A DNA stretch of 64,000 bases from Eledone cirrhosa (lineage: Eukaryota). The translations under genes were made by a program, and so were the position numbers. Below, piece after piece: positions 25,520 through 36,989 of the stretch (the first letter of the stretch is position 1; each line of letters starts with the position of its first letter). Under the pieces are notes generated by a model. The model had not been told where the DNA came from. It saw only the letters and a program-made list of their open reading frames with translations, and ran no database searches. The stretch lies in the NCBI GenBank assembly GCA_964016885.1, contig OZ024742.1:294500001-294564000 (forward strand), written 5' to 3'.

Positions 25520-28500
25520 AAAGGTAAACAGAAATAACAACACAATCGGTACAGTATATGGAAGGAACATATTAGGTTAATGTTTAAAATACCAGGAAGA
25601 GGGTCTTAATGTTTCGGATGTTAGTCCTTCATCAGAAGAAAGGATGAGAAATTAGAAAGATTGAAGAGACAGGCGAACTCTTTATGCTCCGGTCTCTGAA
25701 ACTGGGGGAAAGGTGGGAGTTATCCTTAAACCAGAGATCTTGTATGAATGTTTGCAAGAAAGTTGACTTCATTAAAGGCAACCAAGGATCAGCGAGTAGC
25801 ATTAAACTAAGCAATGGATTAAATCTACCTCCAAATTATGGAGAAGAGGAGTGAGTAGGATGTGTGTACTGTGTGTACCAAATATGAATTATTTGATCAC
25901 AAACTGTGATCATACAAAGACTGAAAAAAGTATTTGTATGTAGCAGATAGAGGTTGTTGGTAGCTTCTTTTACTTAGGTGAACTAATTAGTGGTGGAGGT
26001 GGATGCTTTGAAAATATAGTAGTCATGGTAATAAATGAGGTGGGAAAATCCACAGAACTATTAGCTTTGCTGACTACAAGGAGCTTTTGTCTCAGAATGA
26101 AGGGCAGATTGTATGATGTTTGTGTATAATGTGTAATGTTTCATGGTAGTGAGACATGGAACTTGAGTGCAGAGGATATGTGAAGGTTGCCCTTCCCCCT
26201 TCTGACAAAGTCATGAAAAAAGAGAAATGTGTTATATATTACATATGTTAGTTTGCCAAGGATAAAATACATGTTTAACCCTTTAACATTTAAACCAGCC
26301 ATATCCAGCCAGAATTCTCTCACCTCTTTCTGTTCAAACTGGCTGTAACCAGCTGCTCATACTAATGTTAAGGTATTGTTCTCCAAATAAATATAAAAAT
26401 CTCATAGATTCGATATTATGTAAGATAATTATAAAAGATAAAGCCTTTACCATGAAAATACAATAGTAAATATAGAGTAATGTAAATGTTAAAGGGTTAA
26501 GTATATAAATATATAATTTTGGAATTATATACATTAAAGTGTTTTGCTTAAGAATACAACATGCCACTCAGTCCAGGAATTGAACTCATACCAGTGTGAT
26601 CATGAACCCAACATCCTAACCACTATTCTGCATACCTTCATTTAGTTTACTGTCTTTCTAAATTTCAGTGAATCGTTTGGGAGAATTACGTAGCAGCAAC
26701 GATCCCAACTGTACATATGAAGGGGACAACAATGTCATACTACGACAGACAAGTAACTACCTTCTCGGCCTGTTTGATGAGAAACTAAAAAACCCAGGTA
26801 AATAATATTTCTATTATTAAACTAAATAGCTAATTAAAATCATTCTCACACTATTATATATAAAGAGATGATCTGAAAGTCACTGCCTCCATTCCCTTTG
26901 AAAACTTTCTTTGAAATTTACTCTGCTCATATGTATTGAGACCTCATTCAGTTAATGTTTGACTGTTCTATGTACAAGTCTATATAAAACAACCATTTCT
27001 ATGTATCATCTTCATCATCAGTTAACATCCATTTTCCCTGTTACTAAGTGTTGGATGGGTTGTTATTGACAAAGTCGGTTCTTAATTAGAGCTACAGACA
27101 TCTCAAATGGGTCGAGGGCTTGCATCTTGCTTACATCTTGCTTACATACATTTTTGCACCTTACAGAGTGCACTGGGTGCATTTTATTGGTATGTGTGTG
27201 GGGGGAAAAATCTGAAAAATGAATAAGTGGGTGGGAGGATGATTTTTCGAGAACTGAGAATACCTGTTCACACACACACACATACAGACAAACATACCTC
27301 ACAATTCATCCACATATCCACTTTTATATGCTCATGAAAGTTGAAGGACCCCATAGCCAGTGACAAATTTAAAAGCTTATTACTTGATGCCTTTGACAAT
27401 AAGGAAGAGCAATTAGAGATGTGCAATATAGAGGAACAGTGGCAATTCTTGAAAGTGAACCTGCTGAAAGCAATGGATGAAATCTGTGGCTGGAGCAGAC
27501 CTATTGGCAGGAGGAGAGTAACTTGGTGGTGGAACAGTAAGGTGGAAGAGACAATCAAGGCCAAAAAGCAGGCTTGGGAAGTATGGCAGGATGGGGGAAG
27601 TAGAGAGCATTATCAAGTGGCCAGGAGAGAAGCTAGGAGACAAGTGTACCATGCAAAAAGGGTAGCAGAGGATAGAAAGTTCAAGAATGTTCTACAATGT
27701 GAGGACCAAAAACGTGAGGTGTTCAGGATTGCTAGACAATGTGTCAAGGAAAACCGTGATATTGTTGGGGAGAAGTGTGTCCGTAATGATAAGGGTGTAC
27801 TTGAGCTCACTGATACTGATAAGAAGATAGCCTGGAAGTGTTACTACGAGAGACTATTAAATGAGGAGAATAAATGGGAAAAAGATAGTCTGCCCCAAAT
27901 CGATCCAATAGAAGGACCAGCGGTGCAAGTTAAAGGTAGTATAATAAGTAAGGCAATCAAAGATATGAAGACAGGCAAGGCAGCTGGGCCTTCGGAGATA
28001 GTTGCTGAGATGTTGAAGGCATCTGGTATGGTGGGACACACTATGGTCACCCGTATAGTTAACGAAGTAATACAGAATAGGGTCATACCGAAAGACTGGC
28101 GTAGCAGCATCATCATTAACTGCTACAAGGGTAAAGGGGATGCTCTAGATAGGGGAAACTATAGAGGCATTAAGTTAGTTGACCAGGTCATGAAGGTCAC
28201 AGAAAGAGTTATAGCGCAACTAATCAGAGAGCGAATTGATCTAGATGAAATGCAGTTTGGGTTTGTGTCAGGTAAAAGTACCACAGACGCTCTTTTCCTT
28301 GTACGACAACTACAGGAAAAGTACCTAGCTAAAAGTAAACCCCTCTACTTAGCTTTTGTAGACCTGGAGAAAGCTTTTGACAGAGTATCCCGCTCCATTA
28401 TCTGGTGGGCTCTTAGAAAACTAGGTGTAGATGAATGGCTTGTGAGAGCTATACAAGCTATGTATAATGAAACAGTCAGTAAGGTTAGAATTAACAATGA

Positions 28501-31500
28501 ATATTGTGAAGAATTTAGTGTAAAAGTTGGCGTTCATCAAGGCTTTGTCCTTAGCCCCCTCTTACTTATTATTGCCCTTCAGGCTATAACAGAGGAGTTC
28601 AAGACCGGCTGCCCATGGGAACTCCTATACACAGATGATCTAACGCTCATAGCTGAATCAATGGCTGAACTAGAGAAGAAATTCGAAACATGGAAGCATG
28701 GCCTAGAATCAAAAGGCCTTAAAGTTAACTTGTCTAAGACTAAAGTTCTAGTTTGTAGAAAGGAAAATAGGGCACAGGTGCCCTCAGGGAAATGGCCATG
28801 CTCAGTGTGTAGGAAAGGATTAGGCAGAAATTCCATTTTATGTCCCAAATGCAAAGTATGGGTACATAAAAGATGCAGTGGGATCACAGGTAAACTATCT
28901 AAGAACGTAGACTTTATATGTGGCCAATGCTCAGGTGTAATAAGTAGCAAGTGTCCAAAGGATACTAGCTCCTTCTATTGCCCAGATGGTTCTATAGAAA
29001 TAGTAGACACTTTCCGTTACCTGGGTGACGAAATCAGCAGTTGTAGAGGGTGTTCTGAAAGTACAGTAGCCAGAGTTAGAACGGGATGAAAAAGTTCAGA
29101 TAGCTTATACCACTGTTGGCCACAAAAGGTTTCTCTCTAAAAATGAAAGGCAGATTGTATGATGCCTGTATACGAACAGCAATGCTACATGGCAGTGAGA
29201 CATGGGCATTGTGTGCAGAGGACCTGTGTAGACTGGAAAGGAACGAAGCGTGCATGCTCCGTTGGATGTGTAATAGTAATATACGTGAACGGCAAAACAT
29301 AAATGAACTAAGTGAGAAATTAGGAATAAGAGAGATCAGATGCTGTTTACTTGAGAGAAGACTATGTTGGTATGGTCACGTGATGCGCATGAAAGACGAC
29401 AGCTGCATAAAAAAGTGCAGAGCGATCAAAATTGATGGTAGTTACGGAGTAGGTAGACCCAGAAAAACCTGGGATGATCTGATAAATTCCGACCTTACAC
29501 ACTTACACCTCTCTACGACAATGTCTCTGGACCGAGATCTTTGGCGCTACGCAGCAATACAGAAGACCTGCCTTGCCTATGTACAAAGCAAAACCTACAG
29601 TCAGTAGGCACCTCTCAATCAAATATACACCCCAATCCACTACCCCTACTCTATCCTCCCACTCCCACCAACAGCACGAGATAATGAGATCGAGATCGTG
29701 TAGGTGTCACGACAAAAAAACACACACAGTCCACGCTGTAATGTGGCCGTGTAGGTAACACGGTAAAAAGTTACCAGTTCCACACTGTAAATGTGGTTGG
29801 TGTTAGGAAGGGCATCCAGCCGTAGAAAACCTGCCAGATAGTCCTATATGAGCGAGACACGGTCACCCGACCAGCTTTGCCTCAAGTGGGACAACTCCCG
29901 TCTAACCCATGCTAGCGTGGAAAATGGACGTTAAACGAAGATGATGAGATGATGATGATGATGATGACAAACACACAGTAACATGCCACTCAATTCATCT
30001 GCACACACGTGCGCACACACACACACAGACATATATACAAACATGCTTCACAAATCATCCACATACACACACAGGCAAACATCTCACAAATCATCTACAC
30101 ATATGCATAGAAAAATGTACTGCAAAAATCATCTGCACATACACACAGACAAACGCACACACTCACACATACACACCATAGTAAAGATTGCTCTTTCTAC
30201 ACTAAAAAAACACTGGTCCAACTCAGAATCAACACCTCACTCATATCCCCCCCAAAACATTTGGTGTTTCTGTTTAACCCTGCTCTGTAAAACTAAAATA
30301 TATGACACCATTCACCATTTTTTTTACACACAAAAACCTACATTTCATACTTATTCCCTATAGATAAAAAGTTAAAGCCTTTCTCCAGCCAATTGTAGAG
30401 GTTCATCATGCTGGAGCTTATCCTAGTTTCATTTACATTACTCTATATATACAATTGTATTTTGTGGTAAAGGCTTTATCTTGCATAATAATCTCACATA
30501 ATATCGAATCTATGAGATTTTGATGTTATTTATTTTGAGAACAATACCTAAACATTGGTATGAGTGGCCAGTTACAGCCAGTTTGAACAGAAAGAGGTGA
30601 GGGAATTCTGGCCGGATATGACTGGTTTAAATGCTAAAGGGTTAAGAGACTGAGAGTAGAAGATTCCCTCTTAGATAAGACACCAGATCATTGGAAGTTT
30701 AACCCCCAGCTGTTGTTAGTAGTCATTTTCTTCACTTGAATGTATTGAAGCAATATTAAATAAAGTGTCTTGCTCTAGGAAACAATGCATCACTTGGTCC
30801 TGAGATCAGACTCTAGACCTTATCGTTGTAAGCTCAGCTCTCTATCCGCTAGATCAGATGCCTACACATTCACTATGGGCTGATTCCATAGGGGTAGCCA
30901 AGTTCCAGAAGAGGTAGAACCAGACCTTGAGAGGCAGTAGAGGAGTTAGCTCTGAAAGTCTTATGCCTCGACAAAAGGCCAATAACAACAACAATATGAT
31001 GATTTTTATGATAGATGAATGTTACATATTATTATTTTTTTTTTTTTTTATCATTTCAGCAATAACCATCAAATCTCCAATAAAGTCTGTTGATTTCATC
31101 AATAATTATAAAAAAATTCTTCAAACCAAATTTGAAGCAAGAACTATAAAAGAATGTAGGAATCCCCTCAGTAAGTAGAATAATGATTTTGTTAAAAAAA
31201 TATTTCAGAGTTGTACTTGTTTGGCAAGTGACTTGATCTGAGATTGTGTATGAAACTAAATCAATTACATCATGAAAGAGGAATTTTAGTCATTAAAAAA
31301 ACCCCAAAACAAAACAAAAAACTTACATGAGTTAGAAAAATCTTCCCCAGTACAGCTTTTTTCCATTGACACTTCCCTTTATTGTTTCTGTGGTGAGATT
31401 TCAACAGATTTTATTTGCAATAAATGTTGTGTCATGACCTTTATGATGTCTATGGCTTGTATAATATCATCATCATCATCACCGTTTTATGTCCGTTCTT

Positions 31501-34500
31501 CCATGCTAGCATGGGTTAGATGGGTTGTCCTGTTGTGGGCAGTGTCTGGTCGGCTGACCTTGACTTACTCATACAGGAACTGATTTAGGCTTGATTTCTA
31601 CAGCTGGATACCCTTCCTAACACCAACCTCATTTACAGTGAGAGCTGGGTGCTTTTTTCCATGGCGCCTACATGTCCACTTTACAGTGTGGGCTGGGTGC
31701 TTTTTTGCCGTGGTACCTCCACGACCACTTTGCAGTGGAACGATAGGGACCCCAGTCCTATCATCTCATTTCTACAGCTGAGTAAACTGGAGCAACGTGA
31801 AATAAAGTGTCTTGCTCAAGGAAACAACACATCACCCGGTCCGAGAATTGAACTCACAACCTTTTGATTGCAAGCCCAATCAATGCTCTAACCACTAAGC
31901 CATGCGCCTTCATGAATATTTTATCAAATATCAAGTCACACTCTTGATCATTTATTCACATTCATAGTCATATTTGTCCTGAGAGAACAGAGACTCTGTA
32001 AAGTGGAAAATATAGTATTTCCTTATGATTACTTTTGAATCAAACAGTTCTAGTCCTGTAGAAGCCTTTTCTATATTAAACATGATATATATAGTAAACA
32101 TACATATAGTTTCACTATGAGTATTTCAAGCTGTGATCATATACCTTTGTATCTGAATAAGAATGCTTTATGTGTATTTCATTGTAGAATCTTTTAGGTG
32201 TATTGTTGGTAAATGAAGATTTGAGAAGGATGTTGGAGAGAATGATGTTTGTTAATAATGTCATATATATTCTTATTGTTGTTGTTTTTGTTGTTGTAGC
32301 TTCTTTACATGCCTACCAGTGGTTAGTCTGTAAGTTGTTGGTGGAGTGTAATGACAAGATCAAGATGGAGACCAAACTTCAGAGTTGTACGTTTGATGCA
32401 GTAAATAACAGCCAAGTTTATCACTGCCGTAGTTTATCCCTGGCCTACATAGAACTTACTGTTGTGAAGGTGTTTTATGAATTTCTAATGGTAGAGCAAC
32501 AGAAATCAACCAATAACCAAGAATTGATCAATGTTCTTTTGAAATTAGTCAGTCTTTATGGTTTATGGAGTATTGAGAAACACTTGGGAACATTGTACCA
32601 AGGTAGGTGTCAACTAGATTTATTACTCTTCAACACATTCAAATCTTACAATACCATCATCATCAATTAATCTATCAAGTGCCATATCATTCAGCATAGT
32701 TGATCATGTCTCTCCATCGAATCAAACCACTCAAACCACTCATCTGCCATATACCAGATGATTGTGGGTACATTTCATAACTTATTCACATATTATTTAC
32801 AGTTATCAACTTTGATCATAGTTATCTGCTTATGCCTTTTCAAACTTCATGCTAAAAAGGTCCTGGCATGAAAAAACAAAACAGATTTTATATAACTTCA
32901 ACTAAAGCTTATCCTTTTAACCCTTTAATGTTTAAACCAGCCCAAACCAGCTAGAATTCTCTACCTCTTTCTGTTGAAACTGGCTGTAACTGGTCACTCA
33001 AACTGATGTTAAGGCATTGTTCTGAAAATAAATACTTTCAAAATTTCATAGATTCAATATTATTTGAGATATTATGTAAGGTAAAGCCTTTACCATGAAA
33101 ATATAATAGTATTTATAGAGTAATGTGAATGTTAAAGGGTTAAAACTTCAAAACCCCCCCCCCAAAAAAAACACAGAAATATATTTGCGAAAAATTTATG
33201 AATAAAACACTAATTTTTATTTTTATACACATTGTTTGCTCTTGTCTTCCTCTCACTATTCTCACACCACTTCCCTTCCATCTTGTTAAATTTATTAGAT
33301 TTATTTTATTGTGTTTTAGATATGTAATTAATTCTGTATATATTATTTGTGTGTATATATATATATAATATATATATCTAAGGCGGCGTTCTGGCTCTCT
33401 GCTCTCTGAGATCAAATCCCACTGAGGTCAACTTTGCCTTTCATCCTTTCGAGGTCGATAAAAAAGTACCAGTCTAGTACTGGGATCGATTCTTCCTCTA
33501 TATCTCTTTCTTATTTCCTCTCTCACTTTCTATCTTTCTCTGGAAGAAATCTGCTGTACTCAGGCCTGGAGAGGGATGGGCTACGCCAGGCTTAAAATAC
33601 CCAAGAAACGCTGTATGTCAATACGGCACCTCTATGAAGAGTTACAGGACCATACATACATATACATATCTATAACTTATAAATAAAACATTTAAATAGT
33701 ATAACCATCCTTGGGGATTGTTTCTAATTAAACTGTGGAGTTTCTACAGTCAGCTAGTTGTCATTGAATATTGCTTTTAGTTTCAGTGGATCTGTATTTA
33801 CATTGCTTGTATTTTTGATAAATTTTCAGGAGGTTATTGTAATGGAGAAGTACCAGCCAAGTTAATACACTGTAGCATCTTGGAGTTGTGTTCGGAACTT
33901 AAACATGAAGCAGTTGCTCTTGTTGATGCTGTGGCACCTCCAGATTTCATTTTGAACTCTCCCATTGGACATTCAAACGGAGAGGTAAGGACAGAATTAT
34001 AAAATGGTTTATGTCATTATATGTTATTATACTCATCATGGCTTAGTAGTTAAGGTGTTCACCTCATGATTGTAAAGGTCAGAGTTTGATTCCTTGTCTG
34101 GGATGTGCATCGTGTCATTGGTAAAGACACTTTATTTCATGTTGCTGGCACCAAAACATAACTGTACATACCCACAGGACACAAATCTGGGCTCAGTAAT
34201 GCAGGGATGTCACATAATAAAAATGAAAATAATGATAATAGCTTCTAATTTAGGAAGAAGACCTGCAATCTGGAGACAGTGGGAAAGTTAATTATTTAGA
34301 CTCTAGTACTTTATTTTATCAACCTTGGAAGGATGAAAGACAAAATTGACCTTGTTGAGAAAAACATTTCTTTCGACACTCCAGTAATTCTGTTAATTCA
34401 GTGTCCTCCTCTTCCTCCTAAACACCACCACCACCACCACCACCACCACCACTACTACTTATAATAATGGCTTTTGATTTAGGCACAAGGTCAACAATTT

Positions 34501-34883
34501 TTGGGGAAGAGGAAAGTTGACTAAATTGAACCTAGTGCATTACTGGTATTTTATTTTATCAACCCTGTAAAGATGAAGGGCAAAGCTAACCTCGGCGGGA
34601 TTTCAACTCAGTATGTAAAGGCCCGTAACTATATACTACTATCTATCACTATAGTTTCTAATTTAGGCACAAGAGCTGCAATTAAATTAATCCCAGTACT
34701 TACCTTGAACTATATTTTATCAACCTGAGCATATCACATGTTCTTCATCTTTATTTTCAGATTTACAAGAATTTATACAGTGCCATGACACAGGGGAAAC
34801 AAGTCTTTGAACGACCAGAATGGTGGAAAGAATTTTCTTCTCCTGTTACTGTTGGATCTTTACCAACCAAGAGCAAACTGTGA
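10343..34883 (+). CDS. ACOX3: Peroxisomal acyl-CoA oxidase 3 (pristanoyl-CoA oxidase-like), spliced, 5'-partial; 11 coding exons in window
   Basis: GT-AG exons join in frame: 10343-10432, 11481-11713, 16156-16252, 20416(or 20413)-20595, 21040-21162, 21821-21941, 26669-26797, 31060-31170, 32300-32602, 33830-33984, 34761-34883. Motifs [56 protein letters not shown]-terminal PTS1 SKL-stop. Confidence 0.95.
11481..11713 (+). CDS. ACOX3: ACOX3 exon (EFILNTP...[11 protein letters not shown]...NGLDNG)
   Basis: ttatag acceptor, gg|gtgaga donor, 233 nt, phase 0-2. Confidence 0.95.
12876..16092 (+). mobile_element. RTE-clade LINE, nearly full coding length but disabled (APE + RT)
   Basis: APE motifs (CIQETRW, SAYAPQ, QIDYIL), RT YADD; stops, frameshifts and an internal deletion near 13780; (TGA)n tail. 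Confidence 0.95.
16156..16252 (+). CDS. ACOX3: ACOX3 exon ([17 protein letters not shown]...YVSPYK)
   Basis: ttctag acceptor, aag|gtaaag donor, 97 nt, phase 2-0. Confidence 0.93.
16620..17100 (-). mobile_element. Expander/Rex3-like RTE endonuclease remnant
   Basis: Reverse strand reads [39 protein letters not shown], resembling the Expander APE motif; boundaries uncertain. Confidence 0.65.
17312..17402. repeat. 22-23-bp AT-rich tandem repeat x4
   Basis: ttttaatgataatt(t)actaac units. Confidence 0.85.
17719..18101 (+). mobile_element. SINE family A
   Basis: Full copy with A/B boxes, CCTTGAGCAAGGCACTTTA central motif, (TGA)n tail. Confidence 0.92.
19614..19795 (+). mobile_element. SINE family B (Nin/Deu-domain-like)
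   Basis: tRNA-like head, B box GAGTTCAAATCC, core aactttgcctttcatccttacggggtcgataaaataaagtaccag, TSD attatttattt. Further degenerate copies near 10960, 12330, 20870, 33400, 34480, 40380, 41640, 46040, 57410, 61230, 62740. Confidence 0.85.
20130..20326. mobile_element. piggyBac-type MITE (TTAA TSD, TIR CCCTTTAGCATTTA)
   Basis: TTAA on both sides, 14-bp TIR. Other copies 26279-26496, 30428-30641, 32921-33139, 39454-39665, 56455-56668. Confidence 0.9.
20416..20595 (+). CDS. ACOX3: ACOX3 exon ([17 protein letters not shown]...[20 protein letters not shown])
   Basis: Tandem GAGCAG acceptor (start 20413 or 20416, both in frame), caa|gtgaga donor. Confidence 0.9.
21040..21162 (+). CDS. ACOX3: ACOX3 exon ([22 protein letters not shown]...)
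   Basis: tttcag acceptor, atg|gtaatt donor, 123 nt, phase 0-0. Confidence 0.93.
21821..21941 (+). CDS. ACOX3: ACOX3 exon ([16 protein letters not shown]...[13 protein letters not shown])
   Basis: tgacag acceptor, g|gtgagt donor, 121 nt, phase 0-1. Confidence 0.95.
22034..22868 (+). mobile_element. RTE LINE 3' fragment, older subfamily
   Basis: Degenerate VDSFCYLG...[14 protein letters not shown] region, diverged 3'UTR and tail. Confidence 0.85.
22941..23176. mobile_element. MITE-like element with 30-bp inverted termini
   Basis: tataattattaaggccagttgctacaatgg / ccattgtagtaactggccttaataattata, one mismatch. Confidence 0.8.
23347..25457 (-). mobile_element. RTE LINE, 5'-truncated young copy with intact RT ORF
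   Basis: ORF 23738-25399 (553 aa, YADD); (TGA)n tail; (TA)n on both flanks. Confidence 0.96.
25604..25639 (-). ncRNA. Degenerate minimal hammerhead-like motif
   Basis: Reverse: tctt-CTGATGA-a-gga(ctaaca)tcc-GAAAC-att-aaga. Confidence 0.45.
25945..26190 (+). mobile_element. Old RTE RT-thumb fragment
   Basis: Degenerate match to the SFRYLG...KGRLYD...HGSETW region. Confidence 0.75.
26279..26496. mobile_element. piggyBac-type MITE
   Basis: TTAA TSD, TIR ccctttaacattta. Confidence 0.9.
26669..26797 (+). CDS. ACOX3: ACOX3 catalytic exon ([32 protein letters not shown])
   Basis: tttcag acceptor, g|gtaaat donor, 129 nt, phase 1-1; contains the catalytic Glu in YEGDN. Confidence 0.95.
27335..29966 (+). 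mobile_element. RTE LINE, 5'-truncated, intermediate-age subfamily
   Basis: ORFs 27341-29089 and 29116-29607 broken by stops; YTDD; distinct 3'UTR variant. Confidence 0.95.
31060..31170 (+). CDS. ACOX3: ACOX3 exon ([16 protein letters not shown]...)
   Basis: poly-T then tttcag acceptor, a|gtaagt donor, 111 nt, phase 1-1. Confidence 0.92.
31467..31911 (-). mobile_element. SINE family A, variant with a longer tail
   Basis: Same head and body; tail resembles RTE 3'UTR 29850-29950. Confidence 0.9.
32300..32602 (+). CDS. ACOX3: ACOX3 exon ([13 protein letters not shown]...[16 protein letters not shown])
   Basis: ttgtag acceptor, g|gtaggt donor, 303 nt, phase 1-1. Confidence 0.93.
32921..33139. 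mobile_element. piggyBac-type MITE
   Basis: TTAA TSD, CCCTTTA...TAAAGGG ends. Confidence 0.88.
33830..33984 (+). CDS. ACOX3: ACOX3 exon (GYCNG...[25 protein letters not shown])
   Basis: tttcag acceptor, gag|gtaagg donor, 155 nt, phase 1-0. Confidence 0.95.
34761..34883 (+). CDS. ACOX3: ACOX3 terminal exon (IYKNLY...ERPEWWKEF...TKSKL*)
   Basis: tttcag acceptor, 40 codons plus TGA, ends in PTS1 SKL. Confidence 0.95.
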   Translation: MYKNLYSAMTQGKQVFERPEWWKEFSSPVTVGSLPTKSKL

Positions 34884-35136
34884 TAATGTTAATACAGATT
34901 ATTGTTTAACATTATATTAACATAGATATTTTGTTAAACTATGACAACCACATAATGTTGACAAGATCACTGTAAAACATTATATTTACATTGGTATTCT
35001 GTCAAATCACAAATCAGCTATATTTTTACAATAATTTCTTAAAATTTCATCATGTTAATTAAATATATTTTCTTCTATTCTTTTACTGGTTTCTGCCATT
35101 TGTTTGTAGCCATGTTGAGGCAAAACCTTGATTTAG

Positions 35137-35531
35137 TCGTCATCATCATCATCATCATTTTACGTCCGCTTTTCCCTGCTTGCAAGGGTGGGATGTGAAC
35201 TGATTTTGGCTTGATTTCTACAGCTGGATGCCCTTCCTAACACCAACCTCATTTACAGTGAGTGCTGGGTGCTTTTTTTTTCCGTGGCGCCTACACGTCC
35301 ACTTTACAGTGTGGGCTGGGTGCTTTTTTGCTGTGGCACCTCCACGACCACTTTGGAGTGGAATGATAGGGACCCCAGTCCTATCATCTCATTTCTACAG
35401 CTGAGTAAACTGGAGCAATGTAAAATAAAGTGTCTTGATCAAGGAAACAACACATCACCCGGTCTGAGAATTGAACTCACAACCTTTCGATTGCAAGGCC
35501 AATGCTCTAACCACTAAGCCATGTGCCTCCA
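35137..35531 (-). mobile_element. SINE family A (just downstream of the ACOX3 stop)
   Basis: Full copy. Confidence 0.92.
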
Positions 35532-35968
35532 TAGTCAATCATATCAAATCCAATATTTATTTTTCAAGTTTGGTACTTATTTTATCAATTTATTTTTTGT
35601 CAAACCATTAAGTTACAGGTCATAAACATACACATATATAGATATGATACACATGCACACACGCACACACACATGCACACACACACGCACATGCACACGC
35701 ACACGCACATACATACACACATTCTCTCTTCCATACATGTATAGCAGACAATAGGCTTCTGTAGTTTCCATCTACCTAATTCCACTCACAAGACATTGGC
35801 CAACTTTAAGATTTAAAAGTAAAAAGACACAGGAGGATTGAACCTAGAAACACATGATTACAAAGTGAACTTCTTTACTACACAGCCATACCAGCCCCTT
35901 ATTGTTTACTGCCATCAATAGGTCTTGTTTAAATTCTTTTATTGTTTTACTGTTTTCAGTCATTTGAC

Positions 35969-36328
35969 TGGCCATGCTGTGTGACCATGCTGTGTAGCCA
36001 TGTTGTGTGGCCATGCTGTGTAGCCATGTTGTGTGGTCATGTTGTGTGGTCATGCTGTGTGGCCATGTTGTGTAGCCATACTGTGTGGCCATGCTGTGTA
36101 GCCATACTGTGTGGCCATGTTGTGTAGCCATACTATGTGGCCATACTATGTGGCCATGCTGTGTAGCCATACTGTGTGGCTATGCTGTGATGACATGCTG
36201 TGTGCTATGCTGTGATGACATCTTGTGTGGACATGTTATGTGTCCATGCTGTGTGACTATGCTGTCTGGCCATGTTATGTGACCATGCTGTGTGGACATG
36301 CTGTGTGGCCATGTTGTGTGGACATGCT
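35969..36328. repeat. 13-bp minisatellite CCATGCTGTGTGG
   Basis: About 27 degenerate tandem units. Confidence 0.92.
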
Positions 36329-36539
36329 GGAGTAACACTTTCAATGGTGTTACTTGATTATATTGACCCGCCCCCACTATTTTGTCTGGTAATCTGTTTA
36401 TTGATTGTGTTAGAAACAAAAAGTAAAAATCTGCCTTCAGGTAATGAGGGATAACACGGTTATACCTAAATACTGCATGTATCAGTTTTGTTCATCCCAC
36501 TCTGATTATATATATATATTCGGCCGCGGATGGCTAACA

Positions 36540-36816
36540 TACCATAACATCCAGTCCTAAATTAATGAGGTCGTGTAGGTGTCACGACAAAAAAAACACA
36601 CAGTCCACGCTGTAATGTGGCCGTGTAGGTAACACGGTAAAAACCTCCCAGTCCACACTGTATACGTGGTTGGTGTTAGGAAGGGCATCCAGCCGTAGAA
36701 AACTCGTCAAGACAGTCCTATACGAGCAAGACAACCAATCTATCTTCAAGTGGGACAATTCCCATCCAAACCCATGCTAGCGTGGAAGATGGACGTTAAA
36801 TGATGATGATGATGAT
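36540..36816 (+). mobile_element. RTE 3'UTR-only fragment
   Basis: Matches 15830-16090, ends in (TGA)n. Confidence 0.85.
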
Positions 36817-36989
36817 ATATATATGTGATATTTGAGTCCCGGGTTCAATGGAGGTTAACCAAAACAGTTCTAGTCTTGTAGAAGCCATATCTATTAAACA
36901 TGATATATATATATGCTCCTCCATCTAACCCATGCTAGCGTGGAAAGTGGACGTTAAACGAAGTTGATGATGATATATGTATATATATA

